From: the human T2T-CHM13v2.0 reference genome, Homo sapiens
Reading direction: 5' to 3' (one strand)
Assembly: GCF_009914755.1 (NCBI RefSeq)
Contig: NC_060928.1
Length of the DNA: 64,000 bases
In this document: piece by piece, positions 38,976 through 57,039 of the stretch
Numbering within the stretch: position 1 is the stretch's first letter
How the letters are laid out: each line of letters opens with the position of its first letter
Translations under genes and position numbers: made by a program
The notes under the pieces: generated by a model
What the model was told of the DNA's origin: nothing
Seen by the model: only the letters and a program-made list of their open reading frames with translations
Database searches by the model: none

Positions 38976-40079
38976 GTTACATAGAAAAATGAAATAATAT
39001 TGTAAGATATCCTGAAATATATATAATATGTTAGTTTCTAACATTGTTTTAAAAGTTAGTTGTTTAACCAATCAAAGCAGAAACAACTTAAACAGACTTT
39101 ACAAAAATTCATCAGATTTAATAAAGTTGTCTATTCGAAGATAGGGCTTTTTTCTTTTTTAAAAATTAAATGAGAAAGCAACTATTGGCAAATTCAAATT
39201 CCTTTCTTATCAAAATACGTATTTTGAATTTTTATTGTTTAAAACAATACAGAATTTGAATTAATAGCTATCTTAGTAAGGAAATGTCTTTCCTCAAGAC
39301 TACAATGTGCTATCTTGCATACAAAATTACCAAATAAACACAGTGGCTGCTGATAAATTTTTACCTAATTATTCAATATGTTTCCCTTGAAAGAGGAATG
39401 ATTAAATGAATTAAACAACAGTTAAACAATTAGATTCAGTATGAATATTATGTGCATACTGTACAACTTTTGTATTTTCAAGGTCAATCATTGCATAGAA
39501 AGAAATTTATTTTTTTAAGAAGTTAAAAATATAGTACTTAATCTTGAATAAATTTGTTAATAACTAGGGCACATTAAAATATGACTCAAAGGTAGTAAAA
39601 TTACATTTTAACATTTATACAAGAGGTTGTCTAGAATATCACAAAAGAAAAATAACCTAAAAATAAAAACTTTCCAAAAACAAAGACTCAAAAGCAGCCC
39701 AAAACTGTTACAATAAAAATAATGCCACAATATTTGTTTCTATTTTAATTGAAAAAAGCAAAAGCAGATTTAGTTATTACTCTAAATAGATACTTTATTG
39801 TTGATTTCTCTAGATTTAACAGATTCAATAGTTTGAACTTAAAACCGTATTTCTCAATTTTACTCTAATTTTTTAACCTCAAACTTAAAACACATCATTT
39901 CCCTCTTTATTTTCCCACCAACCACACACACTAGCCATGTCATTCTATTTGTATTTACCTCATTCTTTTTCACATACTCTTTGTGTGTGATTCTGGTTTA
40001 CCATTTTTTAGAATATCTTTTCTCAATTTTTCACCTATATTAAATATTGTTTTAATATATAGTGTATTAATAGAAAAGC

Positions 40080-40560
40080 TAAGGTATAGTAAGGTAAGAT
40101 CAGAAGACAATTGCCATTGAAAAGATACTCACAGTTTCCAAGAGAAGGGAGCATGTCACGCCAGGGGAGACTACAGGGAAGAACTCAGGTCCATCAGGAA
40201 ACAGAGAGAGGGAGGAATTCAGGAGCAAGACCCTAGACTGTGGTGTTTGCAGGAAGAAACCAAGCAGGGTAAACAAGCTTAGGACTGGCTCGTTTGAATA
40301 ATTTCAGTGGGCTCTGGGGCATAAGAGTTGTCCCTGGTTGTCTGGTTTTTGGCCCTAGCGTGATTAGGACAGAAGCACAGTGGCCTGGAGTGTGAGAGCC
40401 CTATAGAGTATGTGTTTGGGAATTGGTTAGTTTGTATTTGTAAAGCCCATTTTCATGAGGAGTTCAGGGGAGACTTCGTAGCCAGAAGTTGAGGCAAGGT
40501 GACTCCAGCATACTATCCATCTTCAAGAACAAGATGTGTCTGAATTGTTGTATGTTATAA
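40080..40560 (-). mobile_element. MER74/MER73/MER54-group ERVL LTR
   Basis: 'gccattgaaaagatactcacagtttccaagag', 'gcttaggactggctcgtttgaataatttcagtgggctctggggcata', 'ggccctagcgtgattagg'. Confidence 0.72.
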
Positions 40561-41037
40561 AGTTTCGATGTCTAATAGGGCAAATCTTTCATCCTGTTGG
40601 TCCTCTTTGATTTAATTTGCTGTTTTTCTCTCTCTCTCTAAGTACTGTTCTCGGAATAATCCAATCTGATATGTGTGTCACTATTCCAAGGAATGAGTAG
40701 ATCACACTTTATTTTTCTGCTTCTTATGAACATTAATTTGTTCAGTTTTCTGAAATTTTCAATGCTATTGTGATTTTTTTAAATTAACATTGCTACTATG
40801 CTTATTGTGTACTTGTTGCCAGAAATGCAAGAGCTAAGATGTCTCTGGAAATGGAATTCCTGGGTCACAGGCTTGGCACATGATCAACATTATTAGATAA
40901 TGTTAAATTGTTGTACAATGTAATCACATTAATTTGTATGCCAATAGTAGTATATAAAAGTTTGAATTGCCCTACATCCAAACTCACACAAAAATAAATG
41001 CAGTCTAAAAATTTATAATGTGATGTATACGAAATTA

Positions 41038-41370
<333 letters not shown>

Positions 41371-42210
41371 TTAATTTGAATTAATAATAAGCTTTGGTAC
41401 CATTTCATGTATTTTAACTTTTTTATTATTTAAAAAGTCTGCTTATGTATTTTCGTATTTTAATTTTTATGTCTTTTTCTAAATCCTTAACAGAAATTAA
41501 TTGTATCATGAATTTTAATAGATTGTTATGTACTTGCAAATGTTGCCATGCTGTTTATGATGATTTTTCATTTTACCAGTGGTGATTTAGAAGGAACAGA
41601 TACTCTTGATATCTGTGGGATCAAATTTACAAATTGTCTTGCTCCAGTCAGTTTTTGTGCTGGTTTGAAAATTTTTTTCATACTCTGAGATTCAGGCTAA
41701 ATTGCTTTTAAAATTTTAAAGCTTTGTGTTTCATATTTATATTCTTGATGAGATGTATAGAGTGAGAATGAGATACATTGTCTTTTTATTATAAACAACC
41801 TTGCTTTAGTAGCTACTAAAGTTTACTTTTGAAATTGTATTTCTTAAATATTTCTGTTATTATAGAAAATTGATTTTGTATTCTATCTTATATCCATTAA
41901 CTTTTCTCATTTAGTAATTCTAATAATCCTAGGCATTCTTCACAGTGCATTGTAATAATGTATACATTTCATAGGATGACAATTTTTAGGTACACTTAAT
42001 GGTATGAGACTATAGATTATTCGGATTTTCTTTGGTTTAAAACTGGTAAACTTTTTTTAAGGGGAAAGTAACAATCACTTTCTACAATATGTGACTCTTC
42101 AAAGAGTAAATCAGAGACAAATCTTTTTTTTCAAATTTATTTTTTTGAAAATCAATAATAATGACCCTATTTTTTAGTTTGAATGGATTCTCATTAATTT
42201 AAAATGCAAA

Positions 42211-42626
42211 TATTTTGGACTAAATGTTTGTGTCTCTCCCACCCCAAATTTAAATTTTGAAGCCCTAATCCCCAGTATTATGGTTTTGGAGATGTGGGCT
42301 TTTGGAGGTCAAAAGGTTGAGATGAAACCATGAGGATGGAGTCCTCACGATGGAATTAGTGAATTTATTATAAAAGACACAAAAGAGCACTTTCTTGTAC
42401 ACTTCCTTTGTCTCTGTCTCTCTGTGTGTTTCTCTATTTCTCTTCCCTGTGGGAACACAACAAAAGGTATCTGTGTGACAAGAATGAAGAATACCCTCAG
42501 CAGAAACTGACCATGTGTATGCTGATCGTGTACTTCTTAGCCTCCAAACTATGAGGAAAAAAATTTGTTGTATAAGACACCAAGTTTATTGCATTTTGTT
42601 ATGGCAGCCTGAGCAGTCTAACAAGA
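42211..42626 (+). mobile_element. MLT1A0-like solo LTR
   Basis: 'tggactaaatgtttgtgtctc...gaagccctaatccccag...gaggatggagtcctcacgatggaattagtg...ttgttatggcagcctgagcag'. Confidence 0.82.
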
Positions 42627-43414
42627 AAGCAATAAAAAGTATAAGTAATTAAGATAAAACTAAATTTATCATCGAAATTCTCACCATCAAGAAATAACCA
42701 TTTTCAAAATATGTAGAACAAGATTTCACATATTTTCCTAAGGTTTATTGACAAAGAGATAGTTGATAAAGATTTTATACAAATTGACTATTAAGAAACG
42801 ATTGTATTTAATTATAATGAGATTAAAATAATTTTGAATAGAGAAACTGATTAACGTTTATGCATATTTGTTCCTAAAGTACATTCAAAGTTAAGAGAAC
42901 AGATTATAAAATTGTAAGTTAGAGTTCTTATAGTATAGGTTTCTTACAAGAAGGGAAGAAAGCAAAATAAATTTAACACAACTAAAGCAGATCTTGCAGA
43001 ATGTGATTTATATATGGACATGAGTCAGCTTCCTAAACTTGAATCTCAGTGTTATATAGATGAACCCACTCAGACAGAAACAACATTGAACTAGAACAGA
43101 ACTCCTTTGACAGGCAATGCACATGTTTTTAGGAGAGCAGAGTGTAAGCTTTCTCTGAGCCTCAGAGAGGCAGAAGGTAAGAATGATTCTGGGTTATGCG
43201 TCCTCAAGTTTTTGTTTAAACTCTCTGAATAAGTACCTCATTCCATTTTTCTGGGGCAAAGTGAGTGGATGGGGAAAGCAGACCAAGGGCATTATGTGAA
43301 TGGGTCACTTCAAAGGGAAAAACATATCTGAAACATGGTAGAAGCACCCCATAACTAACTACTTTTTCATGCCTTTGGCCTACTGGACTTAACCATTATA
43401 GCAATGATGACTCA

Positions 43415-46207
<2,793 letters not shown>

Positions 46208-46257
46208 CAAACAGCTACACTGTTTCATTGCTCTAGATTTCTTTTTGTCTCCATTTA

Positions 46258-46770
46258 ATTATGGAGAGACGTGCAGAGACAGAAATGACTGTCACGTGTT
46301 CTTATACACATAAAGCCCTGGAAACAGGAGCCACAGCACATCATGCACTGGGGCCATATGGGGAAGTACCAGAGTCAGTGAAGGCAAAAGGAGCAAGACT
46401 AAAGCATGAGCCAGAGCCTTTAATATGGTTTTCCTTGGAAGGAATGAGTGAGACAGTGTAAGCAGCTGAGCAGGTTTAAGACTGGGTAGTGTGAGTGCTT
46501 TTTGTGTAATTTAGTCCCTAGTGTTCCAGCACCTGATTCTGAGGTGATGAAAGCAGAGGGATAATGTCCCAGACCACAGGAGCCATATAATAAGAGTCAA
46601 GTGAGGGTGTGGATTCTGGATTGGTTGGTTTGCATATAAATAACATGCTCATAGGCAAGTTGTTTAGTATTTCTAGAAATTAGCTAACCCTAGGAGGAGC
46701 ACTCTGTCTTGAAACCCATATGGTCTCAAGATGTCAAAGCAAAACAAAAACAATAACCATGATTAATACA
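46258..46770 (-). mobile_element. MER74 solo LTR (ERVL)
   Basis: Ends 'aagatgtcaaagc...catgattaataca', the reverse complement of the MER74 5' end; 'ggggccatatggggaagtaccagagtcagt'. Confidence 0.78.
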
Positions 46771-47095
46771 GCAAGATGGAATAAGCTATATATTGCCTTA
46801 AGGAAGAAGTTACTTGGCTCTCTATGGCTGATCCTCATAACCTGTAAGATTTGTTCTCTTGACTTGAGTTGGACAACTGGGGTTTTATTTCTGAAGCATT
46901 TTATAGGAACTACTCATTGTTCTTGTTTTTGTCATAGTAGTCATGATGCTGGCCAATTGCATTTAACTCAGTCTTAACTTCCTTTTTATAGCAGCCCTCT
47001 CACCAGAAGATTGCCCTTACTACAAAACTGCAAAAAGTTCAAGAACATCTCATAATATGGTTGACAATAGAGACAACTAAACAGTCTCTAAGTCG

Positions 47096-47607
47096 TGCAG
47101 ATTTGAATCTCTAAACTTCCCTGAATTGGCTTAGTCAATGCCTCACAAGCTAGTTAATGACAAAATGGGAGGAGGGGTAGCCAGACCATGTATAAGAATA
47201 GAGCTCTGACCCACATCTTTGTAGCAACCAGCCTGGGAAGCCAAACCACAGCCTCTGCATCAACCAGCCCCAGATGAATATGATTTAGTTAATGATTGCC
47301 AGGTTCCCTATTTTTGCCCCCGCTGCCAACTCAGGACCCATCAGAGAAAGTCAAGTATGCTTTCTGACTGATCACATAAGATGCTCCATTTCCCCTTATT
47401 TATTTAGTCCATCTTCAGCTTCCCCATACAACCTTAAAGCAGAGCATATCCAAAAGCTTTCCTTTTCCAAGTACAAAACTTTCCTATTCCTCAGCCTTTC
47501 TTTGAGTCTCTGCAAAACATATATGATGACAGCTGACTTTCTTGTTATAAAACGTCTGAATAAATATAGATTCTCTCTGTTATTATTAGGTGTTATTTAT
47601 TTCCACA
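47096..47607 (+). mobile_element. MER110/MER90-like ERV1 solo LTR
   Basis: 'ccagaccatgtataagaatagagctctgacccaca...gcaaccagcctgggaagccaaacc', AATAAA near the end, terminal 'ttccaca'. Confidence 0.65.
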
Positions 47608-47911
47608 ACCTACAAAAAATCTTCAGGCAGGGTACTATTTAAAGGTGCAATATTGAAAAATTCCACATAAAATCAGGAAAAAAGAAAGAATGTTCATCTC
47701 ACTACTATTCTTCTACACATTACTGTAAGCACTAACCATTATAAAAGAAAAATAAAGGGCATAATGATTGAATAGGAAAAACAAAATTGTCTTTACTTGA
47801 AAATGAGATGATTATGGAAAAAAACTAAGGAATACATTTCAAAAGCTACTAGAACTAAATAATATATATATATATGAAATTTATAGCAAATAAGGTTAAT
47901 ATAGAAAAGTG

Positions 47912-48691
47912 CATGTTGAGTGTTCCTTATCCAGATATCTGAAATCTGAAATGCTCTAAAAGCTGAAACTTTTTGAGAGCTGACGTGATGCTCAAGGAAA
48001 TGTTCACTTAAGCATTACAGATTTTGGATTTCTGGATTAGCACTACTGAATTTGTAAGTATAATGTAAATATTCTGAAATCTGAAAATAATTTGAAATCT
48101 GAAATACCTCTGGTCCCAAGCATTTTTTAACTCATTATATGTGCTCATTTATTTTTTTTAACAAATACCTATTAAGCAGACACTATGAACAAAAACTGTG
48201 CAAACATTGGAAATACATAAGTAGACAAGGCAGAAAGGCCTCTTGTATTAAAAATAAACGAAGGAGGACACTAGTTAAAGTGGTAAGGACAGATTTTAAT
48301 CAGTAATAATGATTGCAACAGGGAAAAGAGTGCAGCATTAGTTGAATTCAACTTCAATTTGTATATTGGCAACTGATTGTTTTATTTTATTTTAGATTCT
48401 AGGGGTACATCTGAATGTTTGTCACATGGGTATACTGTGTGATGCTGAATATTGGACTTCTAATAATCTCATCACCCATGTAGTGAACATAAGACCCAAT
48501 AGATAGTTTTTCAACAGTTGGCCAGCTCCCTCTCTCTTCCCTTTTGGAATCTCCAGTGTTTATGGTTCTCATCTTTGTGTTTTTGGGTACCAAATGTTTA
48601 CCTCCTACTTATAAGTGAAAACATGTGGTATTTAGTTTGCTGTTTTTGCATTAATTCGACAAGCATTTTGGATAAGCAGTTCTTAACCGGT
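47912..48691 (+). mobile_element. Tigger4a (TcMar-Tigger MITE), split into 47912-48126 and 48660-48691
   Basis: 'gttgagtgttccttatcc...tgaaatctgaaatgctctaaa...ctggtcccaagcatttt' resumes as 'caagcattttggataagcagttcttaacc'. Confidence 0.88.
48127..48659 (-). mobile_element. L1 3' end (48380-48659, L1PA16/L1PB-like) plus ~250-bp 3' transduction (48127-48379)
   Basis: Whole block is bracketed by the 10-bp TSD CAAGCATTTT. Transduced part holds an LTR-like piece and an L2 3' end, with AATAAA about 20 nt before the A-run/TSD. Confidence 0.8.
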
Positions 48692-49264
48692 AAAATGTGT
48701 TGTTGCATACTAATAATGAATCATTAAAACATAATAATAAATTCTATTCACAATAGAATAATCACAAGCATATAATTCTTAGGAATAAAGGCAACAAAAT
48801 ATGCATAGGTCTTTTATCTAAAAGCTAAAAAATATTATTGATAAATGTTAAGAAAAAATAGAAAACGTAGATCTATACATGTTCTTATTGATATGTTATT
48901 TATATTAAGATATCCATCCACCTTACATTGATCTACAAATGTATTTCAACTCTGATGAAAATCACATCAGATTTTACTGCAAAATAAAAATAAACAATGT
49001 GATGTCAAGATGTATATAAATATGCAGAAATACAAAGGAACATAGGTAACTTAACCAATCTTGGAAAATAATATAATCAAAGAAGTAACATTAAATTATT
49101 TTAAGATTTTTAAAGCTGCATGTTAAAAAATGGAGCATCCATAAATATGTTCGTGTTTAATATACATGATGAACTGATTTTCTATGAAGACAAAGGACAA
49201 TAGAAAATACATATTTTTACAACAAATCTGAAACAACTAGATAAATTTATGAAAATCAAATGAT

Positions 49265-49410
49265 TTTTTTATTTCTAACTTTTCCTGTTGCCCAGGCTGG
49301 AGTGGTGCAATCATAGCTCACTGCAGCCTCAAACTCCTGGGCTCAAGAAATCCTCCTTCTTCAGTCTCCTAATGCACTGGGGTTGCAAGTGTGAGTCATC
49401 ATGCTTAGCC
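49265..49410 (-). mobile_element. Free Alu monomer (FRAM/FAM-like)
   Basis: 'gcccaggctggagtggtgcaatcatagctcactgcagcctcaaactcctgggctcaag...gtgtgagtcatcatgcttagcc', single arm. Confidence 0.8.
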
Positions 49411-52034
49411 TAACGTCAATGTTTATCCCATATCATTTACAAATTTGTGATGAATCCAATTTGAGATGCTCATAAACATAAATATGAAACATAAATATAA
49501 AAACTAATACTATAAAGCATATAAGAGAACAATCCTGCATCTTAGGGAGGCAAAATATTGCATCTTTAGGGAGTCAAAAATATTTCAGACAAAACAAACA
49601 GAAAATGTAGCCATAAAGGAAAAAATTATATAAATAGGGCTTCCTCAAAATAAGATTTTCTACTCATCAAGAGAAAGCATTTAAAAAAATTAAAAGGCAG
49701 GACACAGAATCAGAGGAATTATTTTTAATACATACAAATGACTTAGAAGATCTTAATAAGTGGTACCATTCAGTAATAAAACATCTAACAGCCTCTCCCC
49801 AAATAGGCATGAGTCTTGAATATCTTACAAAGGAAGATATGCAATGTCACATGAACAGGCACTGGACATCATTATTCATTAGGAATATGCAAATATACAT
49901 GACAATGACAGCCATTGCACATTCACTAGAAATTATTTAAAGAAATTTTAAAATACTGACAATACCAAAAATTATAGATATGTAGCAACTGGAAGTCTTT
50001 TGTTTCTTAAGAGTGTAAAATGGGGCAAACACTCCAGAGAACAGTTAATTATTTTCTTATAAAGTTTAAAATATATTTTTCTTTGACCTAGTAAGTTTTT
50101 TTCTCTGTTATGTATACAAAAGAAATAATAACCGATGCCACGATAAAGATTTATTCAAAACTTATTAGAACAGTTTTATTCTTAAAACTAAACCTTGAAA
50201 CAACCCAAACATCCTTCAATAAAGGAATGGATACACGAATTGTATATATTCATACAGTGGATACTACAGTGCTCAGAATTAACAACAACAATGACAAATC
50301 AGATATTGACATGTGTAACAAAATGTCTGGGCCTCTATAAAATATTATATTGAATAAAATAAAAAGTTGAATATCTATTCTTATTATGTTGAACAAATTT
50401 AAAAAAAAATTACACGGTATAAAGTTCCATTTATATGACATTCCAGAAGAGGCAAAACTATTCCACGGTTATGAAAATAAGAATGGATTAAAGATTTGAT
50501 GTGTGAATGAGATTTAAGTGGAAAGGCATGAAGGAATTTTTGAGGTGAGGAAAATGCCTGTAGCTTGAATCGGTATTGATTATATGGGTCTTTGTATTTG
50601 TCCAAAGTTATTGAATTGTAAACTTTAGATCTGTGCATTTCACAGTTTAAAAAAATTTACCTCACCAGTGAAACTCTGTCTACCTAAAGTCTGCAGAAAG
50701 CATAACTCAAGAATTTAACATAAGGTCCCCTAATCACATGAAGGTAAGAAACAGCCATCTTTTAAACATTTAAAAAGTCAGGGGAATAAAAAATCCAGGA
50801 GTTTTTTTTTTTTTCAAATAACTATTAAAATAAACTTATGCCAGTGAAAGAAAATAAAATTAATTTTCACAAAAGTTGATATACATGACTGAGGATTAAA
50901 TCTATATTGATATTGTTGAGATTAAAATACAATGCAATTTTAATGAACATTTAAAACACGGACATGGTGTCCCTAACAATTTGTTGATGGGGAGAGGATA
51001 ATATAAAAATTAATTTTATGAATCCCACATAAGTACTTGTTAAAAACATATGTCTCTGTTCTTTTTATTTAGGAATCACTCACAGAAAGCACACATTCTT
51101 TGCTTCTGCACTAACTCTGGAATTCAATATTAGAAGGCTCAACTGCCATGAATATGCATCCCCTATATCAGACTAAATGTGTTTGTTTCTCACTATTCTG
51201 CTACATTCCTTGTATTAATTTTAATGGAATCAAAACTGAGATATGGAAGAGGATGTTATATATTGAACACCTTTTCTTCCATCTAGCATACCCAATATTT
51301 GCTGCATGGGCCAGAAATATGAGAATTAGAAATGCGTCTTTATTTGGGGTCCTTACTTCATTCACAATTCTAGATAGTCTTCTAGTTATGACAAAGTCTA
51401 AGAATTTTATTTTTAAATAAATTATTATCATATTTTTCTGTTACCATTTTTTGGTTGGTTTTCCATGCAGTTTGTGCCTACTTCCAGGAGGAAGACACCT
51501 ACACACATTTACTCTTCTCTACTTTCTTTACAAATTTGAATATGAAAAAGAGAGCCAGGAATTGCCAAAAGCTGGTTACTCCAAGACCCTAGGCATTCTG
51601 TCAAAATCTAACTTGGATGATCATCTAAAATACTTATCATTTTATTAATATCAGTATGTTCATTCAAATGGTAACAAGATTTTCACTTAATTTCTAAATC
51701 ACTGATCTTAAGTGAAAAATATCAAAATAGAGGACTTCACAAATATTATCATTTAGAACATCCTCACTTTAAACAATCTAAAGTTATTTTTAATGTTGAA
51801 TCAATCATACTCTGACCTTCTCCATAGGAAAAGAAAATGTAAATATCCCAGACAGCAGAGAGCAAACTGTCATAAAAATAAAACTGTACTTTCAAATAGC
51901 TGTAGTCCACAGCACAGCTCTAACCCAAATTGTCATTTCAGCTGCTTCACATTATTAGAAAATACTTACCTTCTAGCTTTGAACATGAAAGAAAAGTACT
52001 CTTAGTCTATCAGTTTCCCTAACTAGGAGATTCA

Positions 52035-52492
52035 TGTATTTGTTGGGGTCATATAAAGAAACTGATAGTGCAATTTAATAAGGATAATGCAGAGAGGGTT
52101 TGGAGACTCTTTGCAAAGCTGTTGAAGGGATGAGAAAGAACACAAGAGACTGCAGTAACCTTTGGTTAGAGTGATTTTTATCACCCCTAGTTTGAAAGGG
52201 CCAGTGGCAGAGCAAGTTTACTAACTTTAGGATAAAGTAGACTCATCAGGAAAAGAGCAACCACCTAAGCTTAAGGGACAAAGCCAATCACCCGTGGGAA
52301 GCCAGTGTTAAAATTACTTGATCTTGCTCTCTGCTTTCCTGAGAATACAAATCATTCACTTTAACTCATTGAATTCACTCAGCAGTCAGAAGAAAAGGAA
52401 GCCTCTTGTTGGAATTCATACTAAGAAGATCAGAAAGTGTAGTGGAAAAGAGAGGACCAGAACTGCAGGTGCAAGTAGAAGTCAGTGTCCAA
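52035..52492 (-). mobile_element. LTR33-family solo LTR
   Basis: 'tgtatttgttggggtc...gaaactgatagtgca...aggataat...cacaagagactgcagtaac...atcacccctagtttgaaggg'-like segments. Confidence 0.55.
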
Positions 52493-53489
52493 AAAGAAGT
52501 GTATTTGTATTGTTCATTTGACCTCATTTATTTTACTATGCAAGAGTATGCTTAAAAATATTTCAGCCTTCTTTTTACTATATATGCAATTAGTCATTAT
52601 TTATTGAGATATTATATATCCATCATTACTTCAATGATCTCATTTTTAGCTTTCCTCTTTATTAATGGATGCAGTAACTTCTGGCATTCCCCTGAGAATA
52701 TTAATTCTACTTATTTGGAAGTACTCTTTTTATTGCTCTCTGCTGTCTTTCTTTTGTATTTTATGCATCTTTCATTTGCTTTATGTTATTTTAAATCTTA
52801 CCCTATGCACTTACAATGATGGCACTTCTCTGAATGACTGTTGATTTTCTTCCTTTCTTTCTTTTTTTCATGTTGTCTACATTTTTTTTTTCAAGGTGAG
52901 TTTCTGCTAGACTGTTATTACTGAGCAATCCTTTGGTGGAGAAGGAGGTTCATGCTGCTACCGGCCACAATTTGCCTCATTTGCAGTCAGATCAGGCTTT
53001 TTGTCAGAGAGAGGACATGCCCATTAGGCAATATGTATTCAGATATTTCCAACTGATCACTGCCCTTTCTTTCTGATTCAAATTCCCCTTCTCAATATAT
53101 TTATCTAATGTATGACTCCCTTTTGCCTTTTTAAGCAAGACTCAAAAATCAATACCCTTGAAAAAAATTGATTAATTTGGCTAGATTAAAGTCTTCACTT
53201 CCAGCAAAATAGTTTTACTACATATTTTTTACTAAGAGACAATATGCAAACTATGTATACCAAAGCAAATCTATAAATAATTTAGAAAAATAAAAATATA
53301 TCAATAGAAAAGTGGGAAAATGTAAAAATAGGTACTTACTGGAAGAATCAAGAGAGTAGTTCTAAAGACCTTAATTATTTATTTAAACTAATTTAATTAA
53401 ATTTTTAAAAATAATTAAATTTTTCAATAATCAAGTAAAACAAATTAAACAATAGAACCTTTTATTTTGAGATGCAAAAGCATGAATCA

Positions 53490-54110
53490 AAGACATCTGT
53501 AAAGCTTAAATGTATTCAGGTTGTAAAGCTAACCCATGTAAACCAAACTAGGCCACGAATTAGACTATATCAGCGCCCCAGACTCCCCAAAGTGTCCCTT
53601 CCTAAAAGAAGCTCCTCTCACCCTAAGTTTTATGTATAATTTTTTTGCTGTGCTTCAAAAAGGTATACCATGTATGCATCTCTGGACAACATACCTTATT
53701 TTTTTTGGCCTGCTTTGATAATTAATATGAAATCCTCTTTCTGTATTATTTTGTGCCACACTCCTTTTGTTCAACATATGTTTATGAGTGACAGCCCTGT
53801 TGATGCAAGCAGTTGTAATTTATTTATTTTCACTGCTCTATAATATTTGATTGTTTATATAGATGAGAATTTTCTATTTTATTCCTTATATACATTTGTG
53901 TTATTTTAAAGTTTGGGTGCTTAGGAGCAAAGTCAATATGAAAATACTTGGACATATGCTCTCAGAATTATATGCATAAGTTTATCTACAACATATAACT
54001 ATCCAAGGAATTTTAGGAGCAAACATATGTGGATACTTATTTAATCACAGACTAACTTTTTTTCAAATCAGTTGTATCAATTTATACTTCTTCCTGTGGT
54101 ACCTAAGATT
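53490..54110 (-). mobile_element. L1ME 3' end
   Basis: 'cttttgttcaacatatgtttatgag...tttattttcactgctctataatatt...gttgtatcaatttatactt'. Confidence 0.6.
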
Positions 54111-54782
54111 TCATAAAATTATACTTTCAATCCATGGGTTTAGCAAAATAATTCAAAGTTTAATAATATCAAATTGACATCTATAATTTAAGACCACTTT
54201 AGATGAAAATTTTTGATATCTATTAAATTTTACAATGTGAATAACTTATAAGCACAATTTTCCTTAACTCATCCTCTGTCTTACGAAATACTAACATATG
54301 TGCAATAAAATGCAATAGGATGTCAATTACAGCTTTTTAAAAATAGCCAAAAGCCCATTAAATAGATTAAATGTCCACCAATAGAGAAATGGCTAAGTAA
54401 ATATGACATATCTAAGAGTTAAAGAAATGATAAAGATTAACATGTGTTGAATCACTAAGATTTCCAATACATATTAAATTGAAAAATAAAAACACATTAT
54501 TGTGGTTAAAAATACACAAAGTATTAGATTATCAAATCAGACTTACATGCATCGGAGATCTTATGCAAACTTAACTAATAATTTTATGGATAAAAATTAT
54601 TGTGAGGTACAGGTGGAGCAAGGTAAGGTCAGATAGCACTGTGAGAATCCCTGGGTCCTTTCCTCCCACATCAGATATGCTTTGAACAAGGATAATAGAT
54701 GATGATTCTGAGTAAGATGTGCGGTCATCTCACTTACACAGAGGAGATATTTAGATCACAAAATATCTCATTTTGTCTTTAG

Positions 54783-54887
54783 ATGGTCCAGGAAACTATG
54801 CCCCATGAGTCAAAGAGATTTAGGTTATCATAAACAACCCTAGAAAGGAAATCACAGCACATACATTCTTCTAAAAGCATTCTGTAG
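54783..54887 (+). other. Candidate 105-bp internal exon (non-coding)
   Basis: Acceptor ctcattttgtctttag|ATG and donor TAG|GTAAGA; stops in all three frames. Confidence 0.35.
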
Positions 54888-55614
54888 GTAAGATATTCCT
54901 TCCTGGAAACTTCTTAGTTCGTTTGCCAAGAGGTTAGCTGGTTGTATGGTTACCAAAAAACCTGCCTTCTTTGTCTCCAGCATGTTTCTTATTAAAGAGA
55001 ATGAATGAATTGCAGAACTATTGTTTGCACATTTACTTTTAAATGGTTTATCAGTAAAATATGTGAGAATACATTTTTAAAATAAACTTATGTGATTGCT
55101 TTGGAAAATGTCTGGAAATACGCAAACCACACTGATAATAATGGCCTTCTGGGGATGAACCAACACACAATAGATTTACTGGTAATCGTTTGATTTTTTC
55201 AAAAGTAATACATTCCTGCATAACTTGCATGATTAAAATGTATTTAATATAATTTCCACCCGTGATAACTTTCTTGTGTATAAATAGGACATTGCTCTTG
55301 CTATTAGCAGCTATATACTGTAATATTTATAGTTGAACCACAGGGTTTAGCAGACTTCAGCCCATACACTGAACCTGTCCTATTGCCTGTTTTTGTACAA
55401 CCTGCAGCTAAGAATACTTTTATATTTTTTGAATAATACAAAAATATCAACAGAAGAATAATAGTTCGTAACACAAAATTAACAAAATTTAACATTTGTG
55501 TCTATGAATAACATTGATAATATTGTAGCCACATCCATTTGTTTGCATATTGTCTACTTTCTTGTTACAACAGGGTTCAGCAGTTGTGACAGAGACTTCT
55601 ACAATGTTCCCAAA

Positions 55615-56157
<543 letters not shown>

Positions 56158-56745
56158 TGGATTATGGATTGAGTTGCATGTATTTGAATATTAGTTTTGT
56201 TATTCTTGCAACTTATTAAGGGGTTTGACACTTTTTCTAAATTACAATTGGGTGAAATTTTTGCAATTGATAAATTGCTAGATAACATAATCTAGCTCAT
56301 ATTATATGATAACTTTAGATGTTAAATCAGTAATAAACCTTATGAAGATCTATGTTTCTAGGAAATAATTACTTCAACAAGAAGGGAAAGTAAAGACAGA
56401 AAGTAAAACAAAATATAAGATGAAATAAAATAAAGATGCGAATTGAATGCCATAGAAGTGTGCAAGTTGGAGGGAAAGTTTCTAAAATTATTTGGATAAA
56501 AAGGAAGCCATATATTTTACTGAATCTTCTAGATGGGTTTTAATTCTGTATCCTTTCATACTCACGTACTATGCCATTTTTTTCAACTTTTCATTCCACT
56601 TGTACTTCCTAACTTATGATGAATTTACCATGATGAATTTACCTATATAGAGTCCTTTTATCATTTAGACTAAAATTGTATTTATTTGAAGGTAAGAACG
56701 GTCATATACTTCTTAAGTTGTTTTCAGAATTGAAAACATAGTTGA

Positions 56746-57039
<294 letters not shown>

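Larger units (their letters stand above)
47610..50665 (+). mobile_element. Old L1ME (ORF2 to 3' UTR), interrupted by Tigger4a/L1 and an Alu monomer
   Basis: ORF2-like 'aaagctactagaactaaataa'; 3' UTR 'ttccatttatatgacattccagaagaggcaaaacta...ctttagatctgtgcatttcac'. Confidence 0.7.

Noticed and set aside
43114-43176. Small candidate exon ending AAG|GTAAGA
   Set aside because: Acceptor is ambiguous and weak; compatible with chance.
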